A stretch of DNA of 63,652 nt, filler included, from a bacterium (GTDB lineage: Bacteria > UBP15 > UBA6099 > JAJRTR01): NCBI GenBank assembly GCA_024278215.1. It is 5 parts of 5 records of this genome, joined end to end, with 100 filler letters (N's around TTAATTAATTAA, not from the genome) between each part and the next. Parts side by side here need not be neighbours in the genome. Positions count along the whole stretch, not along the records: positions 11,267 to 43,224 come from JAJRTR010000077.1; positions 43,325 to 51,694 come from JAJRTR010000079.1; 3 more parts are not named here. One strand, 5' to 3'. Below, piece after piece: positions 39,256 through 49,086 of the stretch (within the stretch, counting starts at the first letter, position 1; each line of letters starts with the position of its first letter). The position numbers were made by a program, and so were the translations under genes. The notes under the pieces are model-generated. The model was given only the letters and a program-made list of their open reading frames with translations. It was not told the DNA's origin and did not search any database.

Positions 39256-40173
39256 GTGGATTCGCCCGGTACTGAAGGAGTGGTCTCCCTGATAAAAAAG
39301 ATAGAAATAGTCACTTGGTACAAATGCAATTGCCGGTGTTCCTTTTGTACTTCTCCATCCATGAGCGGAGACGGCATGACGACACGAAAGATCGCCTCGC
39401 TGCTGTCCGGGTACAGGGAAAAAGGCGTTGCGAAGGTGGATTTCGGAGGCGGAGAACCAACCGCGAGACATGACCTTCCGGTTCTTGCAAAGGCGGCCGC
39501 CGAACTCGGCTATAAACATATCGGTGTAAAGTCCAACGGGATGCGGTTCTGCTATCCTGATTATGCGGAGCAGTGCATGGGGGCCGGGTTCAACGACTTT
39601 TCCATTTCTTTGTGGGGATATCCGGCGGATATGCACGATCGTATGGCAGGCAGGACAGGCGCGTTCGACATGACGGAGATGGGTTTGAATAACCTTGTCG
39701 ATTTCGGCGCGGATGTGTGTGTGGACCTCCTGGTCACAGTGCAATCGCTGCCGGCGCTGGGCGATGCTCTCAAGCATCTGAGCGGTGAAGTCGGAGTGAG
39801 GAAGTTCCGGTTGTGGGTGTTTTCGATATTCGGCGCGGGGGGCCTGTGCACAGACATGATGCCGCACCTGGCACAGGTCGGCGAAAGCGCGGCTGCCGCC
39901 TACAGCGCGGTCCGGCAGGATGTCGACTGGGTGAGAACCTCTCATGTGCCGCCATGTCTGCTGGGAGGAGCCCGTGAGATGTACTTCAACGTGAGTGAAC
40001 AGGGGCTGCTGGTGATTACGCCGGGACATAGTTTCATGGGTGAAGATTCTCCGTTCGAGAAAGGAGTCCACGTTGCGGCGTGCCGCACGTGCCGCCTGAT
40101 GGACAAGTGCGCCGGCCCCCGCGACGAGTACGTGAGAATCCGAGGCGACGGCGAATTGAAAACCGTGGAATAA
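39256..40173 (+). CDS. Radical SAM protein (HxsC-like)
   Basis: CNCRCSFC, GGEPT, VPPC, CRTC....C.G....Y....G..EL. Confidence 0.85.
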   Translation: MDSPGTEGVVSLIKKIEIVTWYKCNCRCSFCTSPSMSGDGMTTRKIASLLSGYREKGVAKVDFGGGEPTARHDLPVLAKAAAELGYKHIGVKSNGMRFCYPDYAEQCMGAGFNDFSISLWGYPADMHDRMAGRTGAFDMTEMGLNNLVDFGADVCVDLLVTVQSLPALGDALKHLSGEVGVRKFRLWVFSIFGAGGLCTDMMPHLAQVGESAAAAYSAVRQDVDWVRTSHVPPCLLGGAREMYFNVSEQGLLVITPGHSFMGEDSPFEKGVHVAACRTCRLMDKCAGPRDEYVRIRGDGELKTVE

Positions 40174-40176
40174 CTC

Positions 40177-40268
40177 CAATACCGTTTACTTTAACAACAA
40201 TGATACGCAAAAAAGCCTGTATTTATCGCGAATATTGATACCCATACCCTCTTAAGTAAACGGTATTG
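40177..40268. mobile_element. 92-bp MITE-like element (family C)
   Basis: 15-bp perfect TIR CAATACCGTTTACTT / AAGTAAACGGTATTG. Confidence 0.7.
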
Positions 40269-40274
40269 CGCTTA

Positions 40275-40303
40275 GGCGGGGTCCGGTGACCCCGCCCTTG
40301 TCT
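40275..40303. repeat. REP-like palindrome
   Basis: GGCGGGGT-CCGGTG-ACCCCGCCCTTGTCT; related copies at 43545-43570 and 46393-46428. Confidence 0.65.
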
Positions 40304-40580
40304 GCACTTTTATTGTTTTTACACAGGCCCCCATCTTACATCTTTTCTTTGTTGACATGCACTACCTTTTATATAAACGCACAAGTTTTGATGTTGCTAA
40401 TATCCGATAAGCACATTTCCACACGCAACGCCCTGTAGCTGCTCAGCTACAACGGCTCATCCCATATCTACAGGAATATCATTTTTTATCCACAACTTAA
40501 TCATAGCCACAACGATACTGAATATTTCAAACAAAAATAGAATTTGTAAATATATAACTCGCTTCAGAAGAGGGAATGAT

Positions 40581-43028
40581 TTGACAGTGCATTCAGGTGA
40601 AGAATACGAGATGGAACTGGAAGTCATAGCCGGCGTGATAGCCGAACTTGACGAGGATAATATCCACGTTCTGGATGCGGTGAACAATCTCCTGAACAAT
40701 CTTCTCGCGAACAATACGTCAAAAAGCATCGACGTAAATATCCATAAATGTTTGAACATTATATCGGACATCCAGTCCGGCGGCATCGACTTCGTTAACG
40801 GCTACAGGGAACTTTGCAACACCTTCGAGAAGGTGCGTAATGGAAACGACGACAGCACGGATACGGCTCGTGCGGAGAAGGCGAGGCGGCCTCAGGCAAG
40901 CTTGTCTCCGGAAGACCGCGAAGACATGCAACTGCAACTGGACGTAATCGACGGACTGCTCGAAGATCACAGCGAAGTCGGCGAGCATGTATTTGAGGTA
41001 ATGCGGAATCTCCTGAAAAAGGTATCGAGCATATCATCATTAGGTTCCGAAACAACAGACATGCTGGAAACGACCGATGATGTGCTGCGAAAACTCGTGC
41101 ATGGGGATTTTGAGAGAGAGCAGGGTTTTTCGATATTGGACGAGACTCTGGAGAAACTCCGGTGTGTCTGCAACGAGAACCCGGCAGCGGCGGACGAGAC
41201 CGGTGGTTCGGGTTCCGCAGTAGGCTCCGCTTTGGGGGTGGTCGACGCGGAGCCGGTTCCCGGAAGTGGAGAGCCCGCGCAAATAGAAAGCACATTGCAA
41301 CTGAGCGATGGGGAAATCGCGGAATTCATAGCAGAGATATACGACTATATAGATTTCGCGGAAGCCGCCCTCCTGACTCTGGAAAAGAATACGGCCGACA
41401 AGGAGAGCCTCAATGAAGTTTTCAGGTGTTTCCATAACATAAAAGGAATCACCGGTTTTATGAATATCGCGGACATGAACGAGCTGGCCCATCATGCCGA
41501 ATCCCTGATGGATAAGGCGCGTGACGGTCGGTTGGAATTCGCGGGAGCAATATCGGAAGTCGTTTTCGAAGCGCTCGATTTCATAAAAGAAATGACTGCC
41601 CGGATCGAAATATCCAACTCGGGAACACCGTACATCACGCCCGACGGACTTGAAAAGCTGATCGCCTCGCTGGAGAATCCCGATTCGTGTGCCGGCCCGG
41701 AAGCGCCTGTGAGAGCACCGCAGCGAGCGTATCGGAATGGGGATCGCGTTCGAGCGGGCGCGACGGACATACCCGCGGAAACTGAATCGGCACCGCAGCC
41801 GTGCTCAGCAGTGAATACGCCCGCGCGCGCCGCGACGAAAACCGGAAACATAAGGGTTTCCACCGAGCGACTGGACAACCTCGTGGATTCGGTGGGTGAG
41901 CTGGTCATAGCCAACTCTGTTGTTTTTCAGGGTATCAGCGGGCTGAACGGGCAGATAACAAAGAGGCTTAAGAGGAAACTTATCGAGAATGCAAACCACC
42001 TTGGCAAGGTGACACGTGAGTTGCAGGAACTCGCCATGAGTATGCGAATGGTGCCGCTCGCGGCGACGTTCAATAAAATGGCGCGTGTGGCGAGAGACAC
42101 GTTTTTGAAATCCGGCGTATCCGGCGAATTCTCATATTCCGGCGAAGATACCGAAATAGACCGGAACGTGGTGGAAGAACTCGCCAGTCCGCTGATGCAC
42201 ATGATTCGCAACTCGATAGACCACGGCATCGAAGCGGTCGAGGACCGGCGCGCGGCGGGCAAGCCCGAAAAGGGACGGGTCCATCTCTCGGCGGCGCATG
42301 AAAGCGGCAATGTCGTCATCAGGATCGAAGACGACGGCCGGGGCCTGGACAGGGAAGCGATCCTGTCGAAAGCGGAATCGCTCGGCATCGTCATGCCGGG
42401 TATCGACATCTCCGATGAAGAAATCTATGAATTGATTTTCCACCCCGGTTTTTCGACAGCGGAGAAGGTCACGGATGTGTCGGGCCGTGGGGTCGGGATG
42501 GACGTTGTGCGACGGAATATCGAAAAGCTCAGGGGTGTCACGGAAATCGACTCGCGGCCCGGCGAGGGCTGCACTTTCACCATCAGGCTGCCGCTGACTC
42601 TCGCCATTATCGACGGCATGATGGTCACCGTCGGCCAGGAGCATTTCGTCGTCCCGACAATAGCGATACAGGAATCCATCCGCCCCACTCGCGAGCAGCT
42701 TTCCTCCGTGCTCGGCAAGGGCGAAATGGTGAATGTGCGCGGCGTACTCGTGCCGTTGTTCAGGCTCCACGACATGTTTTGTATAGAAGGCGCGAAGCAA
42801 GACCCCTGCGACGCGCTGGTGCTCCTGCTCGGCGGCGGCACCGGCTGTGCCCTGCTCGTGGACGAACTTCTCGGGCAGCAACAGGTGGTTATCAAGAAGC
42901 TGGGAAAGGTCTTCGACAATGTCGAAGGTATCGCCGGGGGCGCGATTATGGGAGACGGAAATGTCGCCCTGATAATCGACCCGGTGGGTATAAGCAAGAC
43001 GGCACAGGCACAAGGCGCGGCGTCATAG
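40581..43028 (+). CDS. cheA: Chemotaxis histidine kinase CheA
   Basis: Hpt FRCFHNIKG, HMIRNSIDHGIE, SGRGVGMDVV, CheW domain. Confidence 0.95.
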   Translation: MTVHSGEEYEMELEVIAGVIAELDEDNIHVLDAVNNLLNNLLANNTSKSIDVNIHKCLNIISDIQSGGIDFVNGYRELCNTFEKVRNGNDDSTDTARAEKARRPQASLSPEDREDMQLQLDVIDGLLEDHSEVGEHVFEVMRNLLKKVSSISSLGSETTDMLETTDDVLRKLVHGDFEREQGFSILDETLEKLRCVCNENPAAADETGGSGSAVGSALGVVDAEPVPGSGEPAQIESTLQLSDGEIAEFIAEIYDYIDFAEAALLTLEKNTADKESLNEVFRCFHNIKGITGFMNIADMNELAHHAESLMDKARDGRLEFAGAISEVVFEALDFIKEMTARIEISNSGTPYITPDGLEKLIASLENPDSCAGPEAPVRAPQRAYRNGDRVRAGATDIPAETESAPQPCSAVNTPARAATKTGNIRVSTERLDNLVDSVGELVIANSVVFQGISGLNGQITKRLKRKLIENANHLGKVTRELQELAMSMRMVPLAATFNKMARVARDTFLKSGVSGEFSYSGEDTEIDRNVVEELASPLMHMIRNSIDHGIEAVEDRRAAGKPEKGRVHLSAAHESGNVVIRIEDDGRGLDREAILSKAESLGIVMPGIDISDEEIYELIFHPGFSTAEKVTDVSGRGVGMDVVRRNIEKLRGVTEIDSRPGEGCTFTIRLPLTLAIIDGMMVTVGQEHFVVPTIAIQESIRPTREQLSSVLGKGEMVNVRGVLVPLFRLHDMFCIEGAKQDPCDALVLLLGGGTGCALLVDELLGQQQVVIKKLGKVFDNVEGIAGGAIMGDGNVALIIDPVGISKTAQAQGAAS

Positions 43029-43072
43029 TATGGGCTCCCGGGCTGTGTTAAGAAAATATTGTTCTGTGTAAG

Positions 43073-43224
43073 GAGCCAGTTGCAAAATTATGTTCGTAGC
43101 GAGGTCGAGCGAAATTGTTCAGAGCAAGGCGGAGGTGCAAAATCCTCGCAGGCGTACTTGTAGAGTACGTCGAGGACGATTTTATGCCGACAACGCAGCT
43201 ATGGACAATAGCAGCCGACCGCAG
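43073..43224. mobile_element. MITE family A copy, truncated by the contig end
   Basis: Near-identical to 13147-13324. Confidence 0.85.
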
Positions 43225-43324
43225 NNNNNNNNNNNNNNNNNNNNNNNNNNNNNNNNNNNNNNNNNNNNTTAATTAATTAANNNNNNNNNNNNNNNNNNNN
43301 NNNNNNNNNNNNNNNNNNNNNNNN
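43225..43324. other. Artificial contig spacer
   Basis: N-TTAATTAATTAA-N. Confidence 0.98.
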
Positions 43325-43440
43325 AGACCGTGCGTGTGCCGTGCTCAAACCGTAGACCGTGCGTGTGCCGTGCTCAAACCATAGACCGTGCGTGTGCCGT
43401 GCTCAAACCGTAGACCGTGCGTGTGCCGTGCTCAAACCGC
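43325..43440. repeat. Four 29-bp tandem repeats (REP-like)
   Basis: AGACCGTGCGTGTGCCGTGCTCAAACCGT x4 with no spacers; related inverted single copy at about 63482-63515. Confidence 0.9.
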
Positions 43441-43632
43441 ATTTGTTTGGGCACGAAAATGCGGCCTGTTTGGTTCCAGCTTTGCCGGGTTAGGTTTTCA
43501 AGGTGCAGCTTCGCCTGGCTAAAGTGTTACGAAAGCTATGGATCGGCGGGGTACGGTGACCATGCCCTGCACCTTCTTACAACTTAACTCGTGTGTTTTT
43601 AAAAAACGGGATACTTCGCTTCGCTCAGCCTG

Positions 43633-44682
43633 TTACGCACCGATGTGTGAAAACGGAATTACGTAGTAGAATCTGCTGAACTCCCTGAGAATGTTTTCCG
43701 CGCCTGCGCGTCGCAGTGGTTCGCAGTCGCCGGTGATGTATGTGAAATAGGAATAGCCGGCCTCCCGCGCGCCCCAGGCTTTCTTGAAACGGTACACACC
43801 GCATTCCCTGTCGGCGGAAGCGCCCCAGTTGAAATATTCGCAGCCCGCCGCGACGGCGTCTCTCAAGGCGGTGTCGAGCAGCAGACTGTTGCCCTGGTAC
43901 TTCGCGTGCCTGCGCTCGAACACAGTCTCATGGCTCATCACACCACGCCGCGACAGGAAAACAAGCAGCCCTGAAACCATCTCGCCACCCGCGAACGCAA
44001 AATAAAATCGCGCCTTGCCCTTTTCGCACATGTTCCTCGCCACCGAATCGAAAAACGCGCGCGGTTTCGTGTCGAGGCCGAGAGCACCCATATTCGCGCA
44101 GTAAATGTCATAAAACAGTTTCATGTTGCCTTCTGACAACTCGCGCGAAACCTCGACACCCTGCTTCCGCGCTTTTCGTATGTGATTTTTTACGCTGGGT
44201 TTATATGCGAGCGGAGCGGTCAGGTCCGTCAACTGAGTGAAGCGGTCATAGATGTAATCGGGCGCGGCGGTGTTTATGTACCGGCTGCGCAACCCGGGCC
44301 TGAGCGGCGACATGACGAATGTTGCTGTCAGGCAACGACTCGAACGCGCGTAATCGAGCGCGGCGCGCTGAAGCTTTTCAAAAACCGCCTCGGGGTTCTC
44401 CGCGTCTTTGTGGAGACACACACCGCCATAGCTGCCGCTCAGAGGCAGTGAGTTCAGCACCGCGCCGAGCGTGGTTGTCCTCACGAACGCGGGTAGCACA
44501 CCGGCAGGCGCGCCGGCGTCGTAACACACGAAATACACCGGCGGGTCGCCCAGCGTTTCCGCCAGCGCGTCACGCCACTCGATCGAATGCAGAACGGTGC
44601 TTTCGCGCGATGCGCCGATCACGCTGCGGTAGTCTTCTTCCGTTGCGCTTCCGGGACTTATTATTTTTGTTTCGAGATTCAT
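43633..44682 (-). CDS. GNAT/FemAB-like acyltransferase
   Basis: SLPLSGSYGG, IRKARKQGV, FNWG..GVYRFKKAWGA. Confidence 0.85.
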   Translation of the reverse strand: MNLETKIISPGSATEEDYRSVIGASRESTVLHSIEWRDALAETLGDPPVYFVCYDAGAPAGVLPAFVRTTTLGAVLNSLPLSGSYGGVCLHKDAENPEAVFEKLQRAALDYARSSRCLTATFVMSPLRPGLRSRYINTAAPDYIYDRFTQLTDLTAPLAYKPSVKNHIRKARKQGVEVSRELSEGNMKLFYDIYCANMGALGLDTKPRAFFDSVARNMCEKGKARFYFAFAGGEMVSGLLVFLSRRGVMSHETVFERRHAKYQGNSLLLDTALRDAVAAGCEYFNWGASADRECGVYRFKKAWGAREAGYSYFTYITGDCEPLRRAGAENILREFSRFYYVIPFSHIGA

Positions 44683-44727
44683 CGTCGGGGCCGGGAGTGC
44701 TTCGCGCCGAAAATCCGGCGCCGCCGC

Positions 44728-45714
44728 TTATAAGAGATGCTCTCTGTACCAGTCGATAGTGCCCATCAGCACTTTGCCCACATCGTGTAAGGGCTTGAAA
44801 TCGAGTAGCTTCTCCGCCTTCGATATGTCGGGCACACGCTGTTCGATGTCTGTGAAATTCACATCGCGGCAACTTATTTTCGACTTGCTCCGTGTCTGCG
44901 ATTTTATCATTTTAGCGAGCCGGTACACCGAAAGCACATTGACCGGATTGCCGATGTTGAAAGACTCGCCGACGGATTTTCTCTTTGTTAGCATCGCCTC
45001 GAGCGCGTCCGCCAGGTCGTCGATATAGCACCATGCCCTGATCTGCGCGCCATCGTTATGCACCGTTATCGTTTTGTCCTGCAACGCCTGCAGAATAAAG
45101 GTTTTCATCACATGGTCGCCCACGCGCCGCGGGCCGAATATGTTGAACGGCCTCACTATCACCGTCGGCATTGCGTTTTCCCTGTAGAAGCTCTGAACAA
45201 GGTGCTCTCCGGCAACTTTGCTTATGGAATAGCTCCAGCGAGCGTCTTTTACGGGACCTAGCACAACGGGCGTGTCTTCACGCACCTGGTAGGCGTTGAC
45301 ACCGAAAACTTCGCTCGTCGAGAAATAAAGAAAACGCTCGAGTTTCGGCAGTTCCGCCGCAACTCGCAGAACACACGATGTGCCGGTGAAGTTCGTGTCG
45401 ATGGTCTTCATCGAATTGTTGAGAACCTTCTGCACACCGACAACCGCCGCGGCATGTACAACATGTGTCACGTCATCGTCCACAACATCCGCGATGCGCT
45501 CCATGTCCATGACATCACCCTTGTATATCGTCACATTGGGATGATCGCGCAGACCGGTATATTTCAGGGAATTTCGCTTATATGAAACATCATACAGAAC
45601 TACCCTGTTGTCGTCGGCCAGTCTCTCGGCAAGTGAACTGCCGATGAACCCACCGCCGCCTGTTATGAATATCTTTTTGCCTCTGAGAGCTATGACTGCC
45701 GTCTCCTTCTGCAT
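44728..45714 (-). CDS. NAD-dependent epimerase/dehydratase
   Basis: TGGGGFIGS, STSEVFG, YSISK, RPFNIFGP. Confidence 0.95.
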   Translation of the reverse strand: MQKETAVIALRGKKIFITGGGGFIGSSLAERLADDNRVVLYDVSYKRNSLKYTGLRDHPNVTIYKGDVMDMERIADVVDDDVTHVVHAAAVVGVQKVLNNSMKTIDTNFTGTSCVLRVAAELPKLERFLYFSTSEVFGVNAYQVREDTPVVLGPVKDARWSYSISKVAGEHLVQSFYRENAMPTVIVRPFNIFGPRRVGDHVMKTFILQALQDKTITVHNDGAQIRAWCYIDDLADALEAMLTKRKSVGESFNIGNPVNVLSVYRLAKMIKSQTRSKSKISCRDVNFTDIEQRVPDISKAEKLLDFKPLHDVGKVLMGTIDWYREHLL

Positions 45715-45997
45715 TATCGAGTATGTTCTGAAGCAATTGTTTCTATGCGCTGGTACAGCATAAAGTGTAGCTCAAATGCAGACCATAAACAAGTTGCACG
45801 AGACCGAAAAGCGTATAAAACAGGGACGCTTACCGCTGTTTGCTGGTACTTGTTGTCTGCCGCGCCTTGTATCACAGGCGTTCTTCCGGTTTTTAAACCC
45901 GCATTTGTGAAATATGCGGGTTATACACAGGATTTTTCATCGTTCCCAGGGGCCACCCTGGAAACGCTTGAGGCTGAAAGCTTCAGTTTCCACCAGA

Positions 45998-46315
45998 TCA
46001 CCCCGAACTTAACGCCGCCAGGCGGCGCCGCCTTTCGGCGCGCATTCGTGCGGACCATGCTTCGAGAGCGCCGGAAGGCGTGTAGGCAACGATGGATTCG
46101 AGCGCGCAGTCGGGACACATAACCGCCGGCTCGCTTCTCTCGCCTCGCTCTACCGCCCGCATGAGAAAGTACAGTCCTTTCAACGACAGCGGCCTGCCGC
46201 AGCCCGCGCAGTGTGCAAGGCAATGGCCGCAGACAACATTTCCATATATGTCCCTGTTGCCATCGTCGTTTCCGTTTGTTTCGCGGATTTCCAATCCGCA
46301 GTAATCACAATTCAT
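45998..46315 (-). CDS. Small multi-CxxC zinc-finger protein
   Basis: CDYC, CGHC, CAGC, CPDC; AGGAG RBS. Confidence 0.65.
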   Translation of the reverse strand: MNCDYCGLEIRETNGNDDGNRDIYGNVVCGHCLAHCAGCGRPLSLKGLYFLMRAVERGERSEPAVMCPDCALESIVAYTPSGALEAWSARMRAERRRRLAALSSG

Positions 46316-46392
46316 TATATTTTTCTCCTGTTTTATAGTGTCATGTCGCACTTGTAAGTGTGCATGAAAATAATTTAGTGGAAGGAACAGAA

Positions 46393-46428
46393 AGACAAGG
46401 GCGCGGTACGGTGACCGCGCCCTTGTCT
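46393..46428. repeat. REP-like perfect hairpin
   Basis: AGACAAGGGCGCGGT / ACCGCGCCCTTGTCT 15-bp stem. Confidence 0.75.
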
Positions 46429-46655
46429 ACACTCAAACGTCGATACAAAGTTGACACGACACCATGTTGTTTCCCGATTTTACATACGAGCCAATTGCAA
46501 AATTCTGAATTTCTATTGATAACCGCTATAACACAAAGTTTCCCCGACGTTCTGTTCTGTACGGTAAACCACCCGTGCTATGTGAAATGGAGAAATGTTG
46601 AGATGACAACCGGCGACAAAAACAGACCGCGATTACACTTCCATATCGCACAGTA

Positions 46656-46683
46656 ATTATACCAGATATGGTAGTTTTGTCAA
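46656..46683 (-). promoter_or_regulatory. PL-like sigma70 promoter with an embedded palindromic operator
   Basis: TTGACA, 16-nt spacer, TATAAT; contains TACCATATCTGGTA. Confidence 0.75.
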
Positions 46684-46967
46684 GAAGAACAGCTAAAAAG
46701 CCATTTATGGTGGCCATACCGCTTTGGAGCAAAAAAATAAAAAAGTTTTCTCCACTTAACAACAGTATTCAGTAGCTTGCTATAGGCTATCGGCAGAAGC
46801 GACAGAATCGGGACTGCGGGGACATCCGGCAAAAGCGATAAAAACGATTACTACTAAAGGATTATTTCAACACCGGGGCCGTAAATATCTAAAAGTTCTG
46901 TCGTGAGAGAAAAACACGCCTGTTGTGAAGCCAGACAAATAATAATAACGCCGATTGAGGCGTTTTA

Positions 46968-47019
46968 CCGCCGTTCGGGTTTAAATACAGGCGTGTTTTC
47001 CCGAGCGGCGGCTTTTTTT
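46968..47019 (+). terminator. Intrinsic terminator with a competing upstream pairing
   Basis: CCGCCGTTCGGG / CCCGAGCGGCGG stem followed by T7. Confidence 0.65.
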
Positions 47020-47084
47020 GTCACACCCTGATGTTAGAATACGGATACTGTACGCAAGTTCAGTCTTTCTGCAGGGGGGAAGAA

Positions 47085-47252
47085 ATGGCAGAATATACTA
47101 TCAATAAACAGATTACGGATTACACGGAAAAAAGAAAAGAAGAAATTATCGAGTGGATACTCGATGGGCGGGACATCTACGGTGACGACATAGAATACGT
47201 CGGCGACTGGGTCTATATGGCAGTCTACCTGCCGCAAAAGCCGGATTGGTGA
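47085..47252 (+). CDS. Small hypothetical protein
   Basis: 55 aa; GGGGG RBS. Confidence 0.5.
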   Translation: MAEYTINKQITDYTEKRKEEIIEWILDGRDIYGDDIEYVGDWVYMAVYLPQKPDW

Positions 47253-47297
47253 ACTATAGAGTCCGGCCCGACTCGGTTCTTAACCTGCCGCCCGGGT

Positions 47298-47684
47298 TCA
47301 TTTGTTGCGTTCCGCAGACCTTTGTTCCTTTATTTTCCGAATCGCTTCAGGGCCGCGGGAGCCGGCGTGCTGTTTTGCCGACTTGACGATGTTTCTTATT
47401 GTCCGCCTGTCCAGCGGCGAAAGCACACCCCTGCGCTCCGCTTCCTCGATCTCCCTGGCGAGCGCCGACTGAACACCCGCAAGCAGGTCAACCTCGAAGT
47501 ATTCCTCAAGCTGATCGATGTGCCCGACCGCCTTCCCTTTGAACCGCTCATAATTGTACTTGCTGGGCGCGAAATAGTTTTCCTGCAAACCCAGCGCCTC
47601 CGTCGTCGGCTTAGTACCGTGCGACGCAAGTAGTTCCCGCACAATACCGAACAACCGCTCCGAGAAACTTTTTTTGTCACTCAC
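47298..47684 (-). CDS. XRE/cI-like repressor
   Basis: FSERL..EALGL..IDQLEEYFEVDL pattern; divergent from a strong promoter. Confidence 0.6.
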   Translation of the reverse strand: MSDKKSFSERLFGIVRELLASHGTKPTTEALGLQENYFAPSKYNYERFKGKAVGHIDQLEEYFEVDLLAGVQSALAREIEEAERRGVLSPLDRRTIRNIVKSAKQHAGSRGPEAIRKIKEQRSAERNK

Positions 47685-47757
47685 TTGACACGACCTACCA
47701 TATCTGGTATTATTGATACCGTAACAGGTAGGCACTCGCTCCCTACCTGATTCGGAA
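47685..47757 (+). promoter_or_regulatory. PR-like promoter with 2-3 TACC-N6-GGTA operators
   Basis: TTGACA, 17-nt spacer, TATTAT; operators at 47696-47709, 47717-47730 and (one mismatch) 47744-47757. Confidence 0.75.
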
Positions 47758-47946
47758 GCGTTATTACCACTTATTTATCTGATTATAACACGTTTATTTT
47801 CGCCGCCGCTGTTTTTTTAAGAAAATCTTCAGGGCGGATGCTTCGAAAGGATGAAGCGGGACGTGCCACCGGCTTTTCGAGACGGAAACCTGTTTTCGCC
47901 CGGCGGCGTATCGAAAAGAACGTGAAACGGGAAAGGAATAAATCTT

Positions 47947-48342
47947 ATGTCAGTTGCAGAGAAAGAAATAGTGATCGCCGGCAGTGAAAACGGCGCGGCC
48001 GGCGCTTATGCGGAGCAGCGGCGCATCGTATACCGGCGCGGTGACAGGCGATGCGCTCATATATGGCACGCCACAGGCGTTGTGGCGGGCGGCCACGCGC
48101 GTTTTCGATGCGGAAAATGCGGCGCGCTGATGAGTGAGCCTGTCTGCCAGGAGCCGCTGCGTTTTACACAATGTGTGGTGCCCGCGGGGCACGCGCTGTG
48201 CGCAGTGTGCGGCAGGGCGTTCGAGGCGGACGCGCTCGAGCGCGCCCCCTATGGCCGCGGGCGGCTGGTCTGCGGCGGCTGCCTGGACCGGCTCCTTGCC
48301 TATAACAACCACGAAGAGCCGTTTTTTTTCAGGCTGATATAA
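47947..48342 (+). CDS. Zinc-finger hypothetical protein
   Basis: CAH, CGKC, CAVC, CGGC; AAGGA RBS. Confidence 0.6.
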   Translation: MSVAEKEIVIAGSENGAAGAYAEQRRIVYRRGDRRCAHIWHATGVVAGGHARFRCGKCGALMSEPVCQEPLRFTQCVVPAGHALCAVCGRAFEADALERAPYGRGRLVCGGCLDRLLAYNNHEEPFFFRLI

Positions 48343-48393
48343 TCGAAATCCGACCGCCACTACAAACAATCACATCACTGAAGAGGAAAAAGT

Positions 48394-49086
48394 ATGAAAA
48401 CAACAAGCGACGATTTTATACGATGCCGCGCTATAAGCAAAAGTACCGGCACGCAGTGCAGGCACGCCGCAATGCGGGGCAGCGATTATTGCCCGACGCA
48501 CCGCGCGAAAATGCGCAAACGCCCTGTGCGGAATAAAACGGCGTCGGCGGCGCAGGATACGTCGCGTGCGGCGTCGGGAAACGCGCCGCGGAACGCGGTC
48601 CAAAACGCGCCGCGGGTCGAGTCCGAAACACCGGTTGCGACTGCATCCGCGAGAGCGGCGGGCGGCATGTATCCGGCACGCGGCGCGAGAGCGATTACGA
48701 CGCGTATCATGGAGATGCGCGACGACCCGGACCTGCTGACGCTGCGCACGGAGGTGGCGACGCTGAAGGCGATGCTCGAGGACGCGCTGGGTCGGCTCGA
48801 CGAGGCGCGCATGAGCGACGACGCGGAATCGGCGGTGCCGGCGGCGGAGAAACGGGTCGAGAGCCTGACGATGAGCATACTGTCGGCCGGCGAGAAGTTC
48901 ACGCGGGTCGAGGAGCGCCGCCGGGGCGTGCTCACGGCGTCCGAGATCGGCGTTATTGTCGACAGAATAAAAGAGAGGGTGATCGATGTTGTCCGAAAAG
49001 CAGACGAAGACGATAGTCCTGAAGAGACCGCTCGACGCATCGCTGAGGCGTTCTCTGCGATCGAAATTGTCGGCAGCGGCGACTGA
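48394..49086 (+). CDS. Putative terminase small subunit
   Basis: N-terminal RC.A.SK.TG.QC....CPTH finger, helical C-terminus; directly upstream of TerL. Confidence 0.65.
   Translation: MKTTSDDFIRCRAISKSTGTQCRHAAMRGSDYCPTHRAKMRKRPVRNKTASAAQDTSRAASGNAPRNAVQNAPRVESETPVATASARAAGGMYPARGARAITTRIMEMRDDPDLLTLRTEVATLKAMLEDALGRLDEARMSDDAESAVPAAEKRVESLTMSILSAGEKFTRVEERRRGVLTASEIGVIVDRIKERVIDVVRKADEDDSPEETARRIAEAFSAIEIVGSGD

Noticed and set aside
43090-43224. Repeated small ORFs (MFVARSSEI.../MFEARSNEI.../MFRARRR...)
   Set aside because: Translations of MITE family A rather than genes
43325-43440. CRISPR array
   Set aside because: The 29-bp units are directly tandem with no spacers, and no cas genes are present
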